Source of the DNA: Candidatus Woesearchaeota archaeon
GTDB lineage: Archaea; Nanobdellota; Nanobdellia; Woesearchaeales; JAAOYA01
Assembly: GCA_018221105.1 (NCBI GenBank)
Contig: JAAOYA010000010.1
Coordinates: 62,001-126,000, forward strand
Direction of reading: 5' to 3'
DNA: 64,000 nucleotides
Of this stretch, positions 9,465 through 19,538 are shown piece after piece (positions within the stretch are counted from its first letter, which is position 1; each line of letters begins with the position of its first letter). The notes beneath the pieces are model-generated. The model did no database searches. It was not told the origin of the DNA and saw nothing but the letters and a program-made list of their open reading frames with translations. The translations under genes were made by a program, and so were the position numbers.

Positions 9465-11798
9465 TTATACGTCAACCCACCCACCACTAATACATTTTTG
9501 GGCTCCAAAACATATTGTGTTATTGCAATTTATTAATTGGTAAGAACCTTCATAACATTTTGGTGTATTAATAGTTCTTTCTTTTAATTGCAATAAAACC
9601 CAGCGTTGTTCTCTTGGGTAGTCAACGTACTCGTAGTCTACAACAGTCACTTCAACATTGTTTATAACTTCTAATTCTTGAAAAGTTACTGTTTCAATCG
9701 CTCCACTAATGTTTACAATAGCTTGTCCTTGAGCACCTGCGTTAAGCAATGTGACTTTTGTGTTTTCTGAAAGCATTACACTTTCATAAACATATAACTT
9801 AAAAGTCTTTACTGCATCTTTTTCGATGCATGCTCCGTCGTCGCAACCGTTTTGGCAGAGTCTGACTTCGAATACTTCTCTTGGCACTTCACTACAATAC
9901 GCTTCTGCTATGTAACAGTTTTCTCCAGTGCAAGAATTGTCTATTGTTCTAGCGTAATTTACTCCGTTTTCTTCTGCGTACCAACCGGTTGTAGAGTTTG
10001 TTTCTTGTACACAATAATCATCATATCCGACGTAGTGTTCTTGTTCTAGTTTTGTAACTCTTCCCTTTGTTGTAAGACCTATCCCGCCGTCACTATCTTC
10101 ACAAGTTGGTTTAGGTTCTGGAGGAATTGTATTATTTGCTTCCACTACTATTAAAGCGCTTCTGTATTCTTTAATATCTTCATAATATGCTTGTAAAAGA
10201 GTTACTCTTATACCGCCATACTGGTCAAAGCGCTCTGTCACTCCTAAATTAATGGTTTTTAGTTGTTTACCAATTTGTAAGACTATAGCGTTTTTTCCAA
10301 TGTTTTGCACTATTAGTTCTTCATCGTAGCCGCTTAGGAATACATTCGTGTTTCCAGTTCTTACAAAATACTCATTCTCTGGTCCTACACACCTTCCATC
10401 TTGGCATCCGTGAAGGCACTCATAAGGCATTACATAGTCTGCTTTTTTGCCGTCAATACAAACGGCTTCTATAACGCTATTTTCGCCATAACAATAATCT
10501 GTTAGTTTTTCTTCTGTGCTAACTTGCACGTTGCTTGCGATGTACCTATCAGGTCCTGGCGGGTGTGCTATGCCACTGGTTGATAATGAGTATGCTACAC
10601 TGTTATCATAATCTTTACAAGTTGTTAGCTCTTCACAGTTTGTTCTGCTTGTTTCTGTGAATCCTTCACGACATGTTGGATTAGTTATGCATTCTGTTTT
10701 GTAGCTTTCACCTGTGTACTCGCATACTTCTTGGTATTGCGTGTATCGAAAAATGCTTCTTACTCTTCTGGTATTACAATCTACTAGTTTTCCTCCTTCT
10801 CCACAACGGGATTCTTGACATGAGCTTCCACCCCATAGACCACTGTGCCAATCTACTGTTTTAGTTTCTGCTCGCGAGCATGTTAGTTGTTCTAGCTGTG
10901 GTACCAGTTTTAACCTTATTGTTGCTGTACGTTCTGCTTTTTCATCGACGTAAAATGTGTCTACTATAACTATTTCAATGCCATTTACTTTTTCTTTAAC
11001 AGTAATTGTTTCAACAACTCCGTTAACATCAACAGCAATGTTTTCATTACTTCCAACATTTAGAAGTGTTATTGTTTTTCCTTCAAAGCTTATTTTGTCT
11101 CCAACTCTTAAATAATATTCTTGATAGTCTGATTTTATACAAATACCGTTTGCGCAGCCGTTTTCACATTTTATTACTAATCCTGTGAATGTTCCTGGTT
11201 CAATGCCTTTTGCAGGGTCTCCCTCGTTGCAAATGTATTCTCGCAAGTATAATCCACTGTCTTTTTCTAATAGCATGTTATCAGGGTCTAGGCACGCATC
11301 AGTTTTTACCATTGTCTTGTTTAAGTAATATACTGTTACTGTTCCTTGGATATCATGATTTTCTCCATTATCTGTATCTTTGCAAGTTTTTGGAATTGGC
11401 GTTATACCTCCTCCTGTTCCTTCACAGGTTTTGTCTTCTATTATTCTATAGCCTTCTCTGCATGTTGGTTTTTCTGAGCATGTTGTTTCGTATTGTTTTG
11501 TGCAAACTTCACGGTAATTTGAGCTAAAAAAGCTTCTTTTTTTCTCACAGTTTAGGTATTCGTCTGGAGCGCATCTTATTGGATCGCACGCTGCCCTATG
11601 CCATTCTTTGTAATAATTGTTTTGGCACACGACTTTGTAGCTAACGCTTGATGGTGATTGTGGATCGTAAGAGTCCATTTCTTGATTGTTTTTCGTATCA
11701 TCTAATTCTAGTTGGTCGGCTTCTACACCTCCAATGCTTGCTAGTGTGCTAGCGCTTAGTAGTAATAGTAGTGTTGTTAGAATTAGTGTTATTCTCAT
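9465..11798 (-). CDS. secreted modular Cys-rich surface protein
   Basis: Signal peptide; three CxDxD..C..GC.xG.C modules alternating with two other repeated module types. Confidence 0.75.
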   Translation of the reverse strand: MRITLILTTLLLLLSASTLASIGGVEADQLELDDTKNNQEMDSYDPQSPSSVSYKVVCQNNYYKEWHRAACDPIRCAPDEYLNCEKKRSFFSSNYREVCTKQYETTCSEKPTCREGYRIIEDKTCEGTGGGITPIPKTCKDTDNGENHDIQGTVTVYYLNKTMVKTDACLDPDNMLLEKDSGLYLREYICNEGDPAKGIEPGTFTGLVIKCENGCANGICIKSDYQEYYLRVGDKISFEGKTITLLNVGSNENIAVDVNGVVETITVKEKVNGIEIVIVDTFYVDEKAERTATIRLKLVPQLEQLTCSRAETKTVDWHSGLWGGSSCQESRCGEGGKLVDCNTRRVRSIFRYTQYQEVCEYTGESYKTECITNPTCREGFTETSRTNCEELTTCKDYDNSVAYSLSTSGIAHPPGPDRYIASNVQVSTEEKLTDYCYGENSVIEAVCIDGKKADYVMPYECLHGCQDGRCVGPENEYFVRTGNTNVFLSGYDEELIVQNIGKNAIVLQIGKQLKTINLGVTERFDQYGGIRVTLLQAYYEDIKEYRSALIVVEANNTIPPEPKPTCEDSDGGIGLTTKGRVTKLEQEHYVGYDDYCVQETNSTTGWYAEENGVNYARTIDNSCTGENCYIAEAYCSEVPREVFEVRLCQNGCDDGACIEKDAVKTFKLYVYESVMLSENTKVTLLNAGAQGQAIVNISGAIETVTFQELEVINNVEVTVVDYEYVDYPREQRWVLLQLKERTINTPKCYEGSYQLINCNNTICFGAQKCISGGWVDV

Positions 11799-11894
11799 TT
11801 TGGCGGTACCTCGTCGTGTGCTGTGTTATAAACAGGATATTTAGTATACTTTTATGTATACTGGTATTTAAATTTTTCGTCTAACGGTTTAGAA

Positions 11895-12731
11895 TTATGT
11901 TATTGCACTGATGCTGTAGCTGACTATTTTGAATTCATCGTCGCATTTTATCATTGAGTGTGCTGTTGAACCCATCATAAAATTGGCATTTACTTGCGCA
12001 CAAGTTATTGTTGGGTTGAATTGTACTTTTAGTATTGCAGGTGTTGAAAATGTTGCGCCATCTGGTTGAAAATTATAATTTTCTGATGCTGCGCTAGGAC
12101 TTGTTGGCTCTACAACAGCTATTGATATTGCATTAGCGTTTGTTATGCTTGTGCCGTCTTGCAGTTCTAATTCTAATAGTCCGTCTTGTGTGTAAATACT
12201 GGTAGTGCTTAATACTGGACCTGTTACGCTATATGAATACAAGTCATCTAACACTACTCTTGTTTGGCGCCTGGCACCTTCTAGTGTTAAACTCCACTGC
12301 CCATCAATAAAATAGCACGCGTAGTAAGGGTATTCTTCTACTATTATGTTTTCTAGTTCAAAAGATTCTAGTACTGTATCACGCTCCCCTAAAAAGAACA
12401 GGTTGTGTGTTAGTGTTTGTTCTCGCATTTGAGGGTAGTTTTTCATAGAATACTCGTTACTTGCAACTAACTCGCGATTTTCTACGTCTATTATGCAAGC
12501 TTTGCGCGCTATTTTTGGCGGATAATAGGTTACGTGTTTTGTTGTTCCATAATCTGTGCTTAGTTCTGTCACGTCATGTTTTAGGCTGTTGTAAGCTTGC
12601 ATTAGTTGTATTTGTGTTTTGTCCTCTTCTAGTCCTGATAGCATTTGATATCCAAAAAGCAATAATAGTACTAGCACTACTAGTGCTATTACATAGACTA
12701 AATATTGCACTATCACTTGGGCTTTTTTCAT
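11895..12731 (-). CDS. class III signal peptide (pilin-like) protein
   Basis: MKKAQ followed by a hydrophobic helix. Confidence 0.6.
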   Translation of the reverse strand: MKKAQVIVQYLVYVIALVVLVLLLLFGYQMLSGLEEDKTQIQLMQAYNSLKHDVTELSTDYGTTKHVTYYPPKIARKACIIDVENRELVASNEYSMKNYPQMREQTLTHNLFFLGERDTVLESFELENIIVEEYPYYACYFIDGQWSLTLEGARRQTRVVLDDLYSYSVTGPVLSTTSIYTQDGLLELELQDGTSITNANAISIAVVEPTSPSAASENYNFQPDGATFSTPAILKVQFNPTITCAQVNANFMMGSTAHSMIKCDDEFKIVSYSISAIT

Positions 12732-12810
12732 AGTTATTATGTTGTAATTGGGCTTTTTAAGGTTTTTGCTGTGTCAAAGTTTATATAGGAGTACTTCTAA
12801 AACAGTATTT

Positions 12811-13563
12811 ATGACAAAATTTAAGGTTTCAGACATTGACAGGTTTTATAATGACTTTTATGATCCTGATCGTAGAGAATTGCAAAAGATTTTGTCTGTT
12901 ACCAGACCTAAAGATAGAACTGTTTTAGAGATTGGTTGCAAAACTGGAAGTCTTAGTATTTACTTGTTAGATTATGCTAGTAAGATTTTAGGAGTGGACC
13001 ATGATCGTGAACTTATCGCTTATGCTAACAAAAAAAAGAGCAAGTTGCCAAAAGAAGAGCAGAAAAAACTTAATTTTAGGGCTTTAAAGACAGAAAGCCT
13101 TTCGAGTCTTAAAGGAACTTATGAAGTGATTATTAGTAATTGGGCTAGTCTTCACCAAATCGAAGACAAAAAAAATCTTGTTAGTGCACTATTCAAACTT
13201 TTAGATCCTTACGGTGTGCTTTTGATTATCGAGCCTAACCCTCAATCAGAGTTTATCAGAGTTTTAGACGTTTTAGTGCCTGTTGAAGATTATGACATGC
13301 CAAAACTATTAAAAGAATTGCACAGTGCTCTTGATAAGCGTTTGATTACAAAAGAACAACAACTTAACACTTTTTACTTGTTTGAAAAAAAATCTCAAGT
13401 TCTGGATTATTTTAAAAAAGAATTAGAGTACGAAGAAGGACGAGAGTTCACTAAAGAGATGCAGACTAGTATAGAGCGTTACATGGCTAGTAAGAAACAG
13501 TTTTTGATTGGTGAGAAAGCAACACTTTACATTTGTAAGAAAAAAGTAAAACTAGGATTCTAA
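12811..13563 (+). CDS. class I SAM-dependent methyltransferase
   Basis: VLEIGCKTG, GVD, LLDPYGVLLIIE; ATG 12811 follows a TATA at about 12780. Confidence 0.85.
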   Translation: MTKFKVSDIDRFYNDFYDPDRRELQKILSVTRPKDRTVLEIGCKTGSLSIYLLDYASKILGVDHDRELIAYANKKKSKLPKEEQKKLNFRALKTESLSSLKGTYEVIISNWASLHQIEDKKNLVSALFKLLDPYGVLLIIEPNPQSEFIRVLDVLVPVEDYDMPKLLKELHSALDKRLITKEQQLNTFYLFEKKSQVLDYFKKELEYEEGREFTKEMQTSIERYMASKKQFLIGEKATLYICKKKVKLGF

Positions 13564-13602
13564 AGCGAAAGCTTAAATACGACTTACTAGCTACTAAACT
13601 TT

Positions 13603-14382
13603 ATGCAAGATAAGATTTATGAGATGATTGTTCATGAGGACGAGCTTACTTGGCAGACTATTATTTATGACTTGGTTAAATCTGAAGAGATGGATCCTTG
13701 GGATGTTGATGTTAGTCTTCTGACAAAAAAGTATATTGAGACTTTGAAGGCTCTTAAAGCAATGGACTTTCGCTTAACAGGTAAGGTTGTGCTGGCAAGT
13801 TCAATACTCTTAAAGATTAAGTCTAACAGGCTTTTGGGTGCGGACCTTCAAAATTTTGAAAAATTATTGCATTCTGGTGACGAACAATTTTTTGATGAAG
13901 AAGATAGTGGCTTTTTATCAGATGATGTTGACAGTGAAGATTTCAAGTACGAGCCTACTGTGCTGATTCCTAGAACTCCACAGCCTAGAAAGCGCAAAGT
14001 CAGTGTTTATGATTTGGTTGATGCACTGCAAAAAGCTTTAGAGGTTCACAAGCGCAGAACTTTTCGCGATATTATAAAACCAAAAACTATTGAAGTGCCT
14101 AAAAAAAAGGTTGATATAACAAAACTTATTGGTGATTTATATTCTCAAATAACTGGTTATTTTAAGACTAAAAATGCTAATCTTACTTTTTCTATGCTTA
14201 TACCGTCAGAGTCTAAGGAGGACAAGATTTATACTTTTGTGCCGCTTTTGCACTTGTCTAATCAACAAAAGGTTGACTTGCATCAACTTGAGCACTTTGG
14301 CGATATTAATATTAAACTTTCAAAAAATGGTAGTGTTGATGACTTAGAACTCGAAGAAAAGTCTGTCGAGGCTAAAGCTTGA
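13603..14382 (+). CDS. scpA: segregation/condensation protein A (kleisin)
   Basis: MDPWDVDV, ASSILLKIKS, RKVSVYDLVDAL, FVPLLHL. Confidence 0.9.
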   Translation: MQDKIYEMIVHEDELTWQTIIYDLVKSEEMDPWDVDVSLLTKKYIETLKALKAMDFRLTGKVVLASSILLKIKSNRLLGADLQNFEKLLHSGDEQFFDEEDSGFLSDDVDSEDFKYEPTVLIPRTPQPRKRKVSVYDLVDALQKALEVHKRRTFRDIIKPKTIEVPKKKVDITKLIGDLYSQITGYFKTKNANLTFSMLIPSESKEDKIYTFVPLLHLSNQQKVDLHQLEHFGDINIKLSKNGSVDDLELEEKSVEAKA

Positions 14383-14418
14383 CAAGCTTTTTAAATACAA
14401 GTCTTTTTCTGCAATGTT

Positions 14419-15084
14419 ATGACAACTTTAATAGCTAATGTTGATGGCAATCCAAACATTGGACTTTACGCTTATGCCACAGACGAGTATTGTTTGGTTG
14501 GAAAAACCGTGAAAAAACAAGTAGTGCAAACTATCGAGAAAGCATTAAAGGTTCCAGTTCATAAAATTTCTATTGCTAAAAGTTCGCTGATTGGAGTTTT
14601 AGTCAATGGTAACAAGAATGGCTTGATAGTGCCACAAATTATTGAAAAAGAAGAATTAGAGGATTTAGAAAAGCTTGGACTGAAAATTACTGTAGTAAAT
14701 TCGAAGTACACTGCTCTTGGTAATAATTTAATAGTTAATGATAATGGCATTATTGCAAGCCCTGATTATGATGACGAAACTGTAAAACTTATTGAAAAAG
14801 CCTTAAAAGTAAAAGCTATAACGATGACCATTGCAGATGTTGAAGTTGTTGGTAGTTGTTTAGCGCACACGAAAAAAGGCGCTTTAATACACTCTGAAGC
14901 AGAAGAGAGTGAAGTAGAACAAATTGAGAAAATATTAAAAGTTGAAATTGATTGGGGAACTGTTAACATGGGAAGTCCTTATATCGGCGCTGCAATCATA
15001 GCCAACTCTAACGGAGTAGTGGTTGGTGATGCTAGTGGCGGTCCTGAAATCAATAATGCAGAACAAGCACTAGGATTATTATAA
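14419..15084 (+). CDS. eif6: translation initiation factor aIF-6
   Basis: GNPNIG, ALGNNLIVND, GTVNMGSP, ANSNG pentein repeats. Confidence 0.95.
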   Translation: MTTLIANVDGNPNIGLYAYATDEYCLVGKTVKKQVVQTIEKALKVPVHKISIAKSSLIGVLVNGNKNGLIVPQIIEKEELEDLEKLGLKITVVNSKYTALGNNLIVNDNGIIASPDYDDETVKLIEKALKVKAITMTIADVEVVGSCLAHTKKGALIHSEAEESEVEQIEKILKVEIDWGTVNMGSPYIGAAIIANSNGVVVGDASGGPEINNAEQALGLL

Positions 15085-15119
15085 AAACTTTTAAATAAAC
15101 AACAAATCTTGGGTTTATT

Positions 15120-15521
15120 ATGGACGAGAAAATTGCACAGCAAAAGTATTATGAACTGCAGGCTTTAAACCAGCAAATTGGTCAGTTGCAAGAAGGCTTG
15201 CAAAATATTGATTTGCAATTATTAGAATTAAATAGTATGATTGCATCACTTGATGATATTGCTAATGCTAAAAGCGATAATCCAATTCTTGTGCCAGTGC
15301 ACAATGGTATTTTTGCACGGGCGAAAATTGATAGTTTTGATCATTTCTTAGTCAATGTTGGCTCCAATATTATTATTGAGAGTGATTTGGCAAACACTAA
15401 AAAATTGCTATCTAAACAATCAAAAAAGCTTGAAGAGTTCAAAGAACAAACAATTAAAGAATTACGAGAGCACATTGAAAAGACAGAAGCTATTGAGCGA
15501 GAAGTACTAAAAAATGTTTAG
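15120..15521 (+). CDS. pfdA: prefoldin alpha subunit
   Basis: Coiled coils flanking ILVPV..GIF and LVNVGS; conserved position between aIF-6 and ftsY. Confidence 0.9.
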   Translation: MDEKIAQQKYYELQALNQQIGQLQEGLQNIDLQLLELNSMIASLDDIANAKSDNPILVPVHNGIFARAKIDSFDHFLVNVGSNIIIESDLANTKKLLSKQSKKLEEFKEQTIKELREHIEKTEAIEREVLKNV

Positions 15522-16605
15522 GTTCTTAAAAGATAAATTAAAAGGTGCTGTTGGTAAGTTTGCAAAGAAAGTAGAAGAAGAAAGTGTAGAAGAAAAAGTT
15601 GAAGTAGTAAAAGAGAAAAAAGTCAAGCCAAAAAAAGAAAAAGTTGAGCCAAAACCTAAAAAGAGACTCTTCAAAAAGAAAGAAAAAGAATCTATTGTTG
15701 AACCAGAAGAAGTTATTCAAGAAAAACCAAAAAAGGGTTTGTTTAAAAAAGTCACTAGTGTTATCACACAATCATCGCTTTCTGACGCTAAGTTTGAAGA
15801 ATTGTTTTGGGATTTAGAATTAGTGCTTTTAGAGAATAATGTTGCTGTTAAAGTTATTGAAAAACTCAAAAATGATTTGAAAAACGAGTTAGTGGATAAA
15901 AAGTTTGCTCGTGGCAAAACAAAAAATATTATTATTGACACACTAAAAAATAGTTTAGAAGAGGTTTTAGGTCTTAACGGTTTAAACATTATAAAAGAGG
16001 CAAAGAAAAAAAAACCTTATGTGATATTGTTTGTTGGAATTAATGGCAGTGGCAAAACTACTACTATTGCAAAGGTTGCTTCAATGCTAAAAAAGAATAA
16101 GTTTTCAAGTGTTCTAGCAGCTGCTGACACTTTTAGGGCTGCTGCAATTGACCAATTAGAAGCTCACGCTAATAAAGTAGGCGCTAAATTGATAAAGCAT
16201 GATTATGGTGCTGACCCTGCAGCTGTTGGCTATGATGCTATTGAGTACGCTAAAAAGAACAATATTGACTTTGTGCTTATCGATACTGCTGGCAGACTGC
16301 ATTCTAATGTTAATTTGATGGAAGAATTAAAAAAAATTGTTAGGATAACTAAACCTGACTTGAAAATTTTTATTGGTGACTCGCTAACAGGCAATGATGT
16401 TGTAGAGCAAGCAGAACAATTCAATGAGTTAATAGGTGTTGACGCTTTGATTTTATGCAAGGCTGACGCTGACGAGAAAGGTGGTGCTACTATTAGTACT
16501 GCTTATGTTACTCAAAAGCCTGTTTTGTATTTGGGTGTTGGTCAGGGCTATGATGATTTAGAAAAGTTCAGCCCTGACAAGATTGTCGAGAAGATTATTA
16601 GCTAA
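15514..16605 (+). CDS. ftsY: SRP receptor FtsY
   Basis: GINGSGKTTT, DTFRAAA, DTAGR, GVGQGYDDL. Confidence 0.96.
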   Translation: MFRFLKDKLKGAVGKFAKKVEEESVEEKVEVVKEKKVKPKKEKVEPKPKKRLFKKKEKESIVEPEEVIQEKPKKGLFKKVTSVITQSSLSDAKFEELFWDLELVLLENNVAVKVIEKLKNDLKNELVDKKFARGKTKNIIIDTLKNSLEEVLGLNGLNIIKEAKKKKPYVILFVGINGSGKTTTIAKVASMLKKNKFSSVLAAADTFRAAAIDQLEAHANKVGAKLIKHDYGADPAAVGYDAIEYAKKNNIDFVLIDTAGRLHSNVNLMEELKKIVRITKPDLKIFIGDSLTGNDVVEQAEQFNELIGVDALILCKADADEKGGATISTAYVTQKPVLYLGVGQGYDDLEKFSPDKIVEKIIS

Positions 16606-16665
16606 TTGTACAAAAACTTTAAATAGAACTATTGCCCAAAATAGTAGAAAGAAGGATTTTTACAA

Positions 16666-17013
16666 ATGGTCAAAAAAACAATTAAGAAAAAAACTAAAAA
16701 ATCAGCAGGTAGTGATTCTTATCACTTATTAGCAGCTCTTAGTTATTTATGGATACTAGCAGTTCCAATACTGTTTTTTAAGCGTAATGATAACTTTGTG
16801 TTTTTTCATGCAAAGCAGGGAACTGTACTGTTTAGTTTTAGCATATTGTTTTTTGTGCTTGCACTAATACCACTACCCCAAAACGTGTTGACTATTATTT
16901 TTGCACCATTAAATTTTTTATTATTAGTGTTTAGTCTTTTAGGGGTTTACTTTGCGCTTTTTAATAAGCAAAAGAATTTACCGCTCATCAATCTTATAAC
17001 AAAAAAATTTTAG
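16666..17013 (+). CDS. small membrane protein (DUF4870-like)
   Basis: LAALSYL, FVFFHAKQG, LPLI pattern; 3 TM. Confidence 0.65.
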   Translation: MVKKTIKKKTKKSAGSDSYHLLAALSYLWILAVPILFFKRNDNFVFFHAKQGTVLFSFSILFFVLALIPLPQNVLTIIFAPLNFLLLVFSLLGVYFALFNKQKNLPLINLITKKF

Positions 17014-17021
17014 GTGATAAA

Positions 17022-17870
17022 ATGAAAAAATTGGCAATTATGGTTTTAAGTGTTGTCGTACTGACCTTTTTGTTTGTTGGCTGCTCGCCAGCAGAGACTT
17101 GCAGTGATGACATTTTAAACCAAGACGAAGAAGGTGTTGATTGTGGAGGCTCTTATTGTAAAGCTTGTCCAGAACCAGAAGTACAAGTAGAGCAAGAAGA
17201 ACTACAAGAAGACACAACACAGGATTCTACAACTCCTCTAGAAAAACCTGTAGGAGTTGAGTGTTTTGAAACTGACAAAGGCATCGACTATAACACTAAA
17301 GGACGAATTCTTGACAAAAACGATGAAGAATTTGAAGACATATGCCAGGGTACTCGCTTAAAAGAGTATTATTGTGACACTTATGGTTATGCAAAAGATC
17401 GCAATTACTTGTGTGAAGGTGAGTGTGAAGACGGTGCTTGTGTACAAGGAGCTCCTGAAGATACTAATTGTATTGACTCAGATGGTGGTTTGGCATATGA
17501 TAAGCTTGGAAGCACTACTAACAAACGTGACGGCACTGTTTACTGGGATGAATGTAGAGGCAATACTATAGAAGAGTATTTTTGCACAACATTTGATTAT
17601 GTAGACTCTAAAACATACCTTTGTGAAGGCGTGTGCCTTGAAGGTGCGTGTATTGGAGTTCCAGAAGTCAATAAGCTTTGTTTTGACACTGATAATGGCA
17701 TTAGTTATAATACTCCTGGTATTGTGACTGATAGTCGCGATAATGAAACTTTTGAAGATTATTGTAAATCAACTTTTAGTCTTGAAGAGTATTATTGTGA
17801 TACAAACGATTATCCTGACAGCAAGATAAAGTTATGTGATAACGTGTGTTCTGATGGAGCGTGCGTTTAA
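17022..17870 (+). CDS. Cys-rich putative lipoprotein with three Cx(D/E)xDxG repeats
   Basis: FVGC lipobox-like motif; CFETDKG, CIDSDGG, CFDTDNG modules each ending C...C.xGAC. Confidence 0.75.
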   Translation: MKKLAIMVLSVVVLTFLFVGCSPAETCSDDILNQDEEGVDCGGSYCKACPEPEVQVEQEELQEDTTQDSTTPLEKPVGVECFETDKGIDYNTKGRILDKNDEEFEDICQGTRLKEYYCDTYGYAKDRNYLCEGECEDGACVQGAPEDTNCIDSDGGLAYDKLGSTTNKRDGTVYWDECRGNTIEEYFCTTFDYVDSKTYLCEGVCLEGACIGVPEVNKLCFDTDNGISYNTPGIVTDSRDNETFEDYCKSTFSLEEYYCDTNDYPDSKIKLCDNVCSDGACV

Positions 17871-18039
17871 TTATTTTTTTCTTTTTATTTTCTTTTTTTC
17901 TCGAAAGGTTTTTATTTACTTAAACATTTGAATAGTAGTTTTTGGTCGATAGCAAACTTTATATATTAGTTGCTATTAGAAAATAGATAAAAGATTTAAC
18001 TATTATAGAATAATTAAAATTTTTCGGAGGGTAGGTCTA

Positions 18040-19530
18040 ATGAAAAAAACAACAATTGTAATAACGAGCATTCTCGTATTATTATTTATGTTGGGTGGCT
18101 GCACACGCTATCCAGCAGAAAAAGTAACAGGAGATTTTTGTGATCCGCAAACAGGACTTTGCTACACACTAATACCTGTAGAAAACCAAACACTAGAACA
18201 AACAGAAGAACTAGAACCTGTAGAGCTAACAGAAGTTGAAATATCACAACTTGCAAGCGTGGCAACACTACAGATCAATGAAACTGGAACACTAAAAATA
18301 GTGCCAGAAGCATTTGACCCTGATGGCGATCCATTATTATACATATATTCTGAACCATTAGACGCAAGCGGTCAGTGGCGAACAATCAATGGTGACGCAG
18401 GAGAGTACAACATCACAATAACAGTTAGTGATGGTGAACTAACAAACACCAAGCTAATAACACTAATTGTTAGCGAAGTAAACTTCGAACCAATAATTGT
18501 TACATCACTGCCAAGCGAAACAGATTTGCAAATGGCAGAAACGCAAACACTGGACTTTGGCGTTAGCGCAGAAGACCCTGATGGTGATGAAGTATCAGTG
18601 CAATGGTATTTAGATGATGAATTAAAAGTCATTGGTGAAGTATTCTTTTATGAAACAGACTATCAAAGCGCTGGAGAACACATTATAAAAGTAGAAATTA
18701 GTGACGGAGAACTGACAGCACAGAACAGTTGGAGTGTAATTGTAGAACAAACCAATAGGGCTCCAGAACTCGACTTTATCGATGACGTAACAGTTGATGA
18801 AACAGGAACTGTTAGCATTACACCAAACGCAATAGACGCAGATAGTGACGAGCTAGTGTATAGTATTTCAGAACCAGTAGGCGATGACGGAGCTTGGGAA
18901 ACAAGCTTCGAAGATGCAGGACAATACACTGTGACAATCACTGCAACAGACGGTGACTCGACAGATACACAAGCAATACTATTAACTGTCAACAACGTCA
19001 ACCGCGCACCAGTACTAGAAGACCTACAAGATCTTACAATTGAAGAAACACAAGCAGTACTGATAGAACCAAGCGCGAGCGACCCTGATGGCGACGAAGT
19101 AGTTTACGCTGTTAGCGAACCAGTAGGCGATGATGGAGTGTGGGAGACAAGCTTTGAAGACAGTGGCTCGTACGAAGTAATAGTTGCTGTAAGTGATGGC
19201 GCAGATGTTGTAGAAAAAAGCTTTGTTTTAACAGTGACTAACAAAAACCGTGCACCAACACTTGACGCGATTGAGGACATCACAGTTGATGAAACAGGAA
19301 CTATCAGCATCACACCAAACGCAATAGACTCGGACGGCGACGAACTAAGTTTCACTATTAGCGAGCCAGTAGGCGATGACGGAGCTTGGGAAACAAGCTT
19401 CGAAGATGCAGGACAATACACTGTTACAGTAACAGTTAGTGATGGTGAACTAACAGACAGTCAACCGGTACTAGTAACTGTCAACAACGTCAACCGCGCA
19501 CCAGTTATAACAGGGGTTTTCCAAGAGTAA
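18040..19530 (+). CDS. lipoprotein with tandem Ig/PKD(cadherin)-like repeats
   Basis: LGGC lipobox; repeated A.DPDGD.L, W.T...DAG.Y, VSDG and NRAP motifs. Confidence 0.8.
   Translation: MKKTTIVITSILVLLFMLGGCTRYPAEKVTGDFCDPQTGLCYTLIPVENQTLEQTEELEPVELTEVEISQLASVATLQINETGTLKIVPEAFDPDGDPLLYIYSEPLDASGQWRTINGDAGEYNITITVSDGELTNTKLITLIVSEVNFEPIIVTSLPSETDLQMAETQTLDFGVSAEDPDGDEVSVQWYLDDELKVIGEVFFYETDYQSAGEHIIKVEISDGELTAQNSWSVIVEQTNRAPELDFIDDVTVDETGTVSITPNAIDADSDELVYSISEPVGDDGAWETSFEDAGQYTVTITATDGDSTDTQAILLTVNNVNRAPVLEDLQDLTIEETQAVLIEPSASDPDGDEVVYAVSEPVGDDGVWETSFEDSGSYEVIVAVSDGADVVEKSFVLTVTNKNRAPTLDAIEDITVDETGTISITPNAIDSDGDELSFTISEPVGDDGAWETSFEDAGQYTVTVTVSDGELTDSQPVLVTVNNVNRAPVITGVFQE
18874..19424 (+). 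repeat. 59-bp identical intragenic direct repeat (18874-18932 and 19366-19424)
   Basis: CCAGTAGGCGATGACGGAGCTTGGGAAACAAGCTTCGAAGATGCAGGACAATACACTGT twice, 492 bp apart; diverged copy near 19120. Confidence 0.9.
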
Positions 19531-19538
19531 ACCACTGT

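Noticed and set aside
18780..19510. Near-identical repeat pair as a diversity-generating retroelement TR/VR
   Set aside because: Both copies are in-frame domains of one gene, mismatches are not adenine-specific, and no reverse transcriptase is in the window
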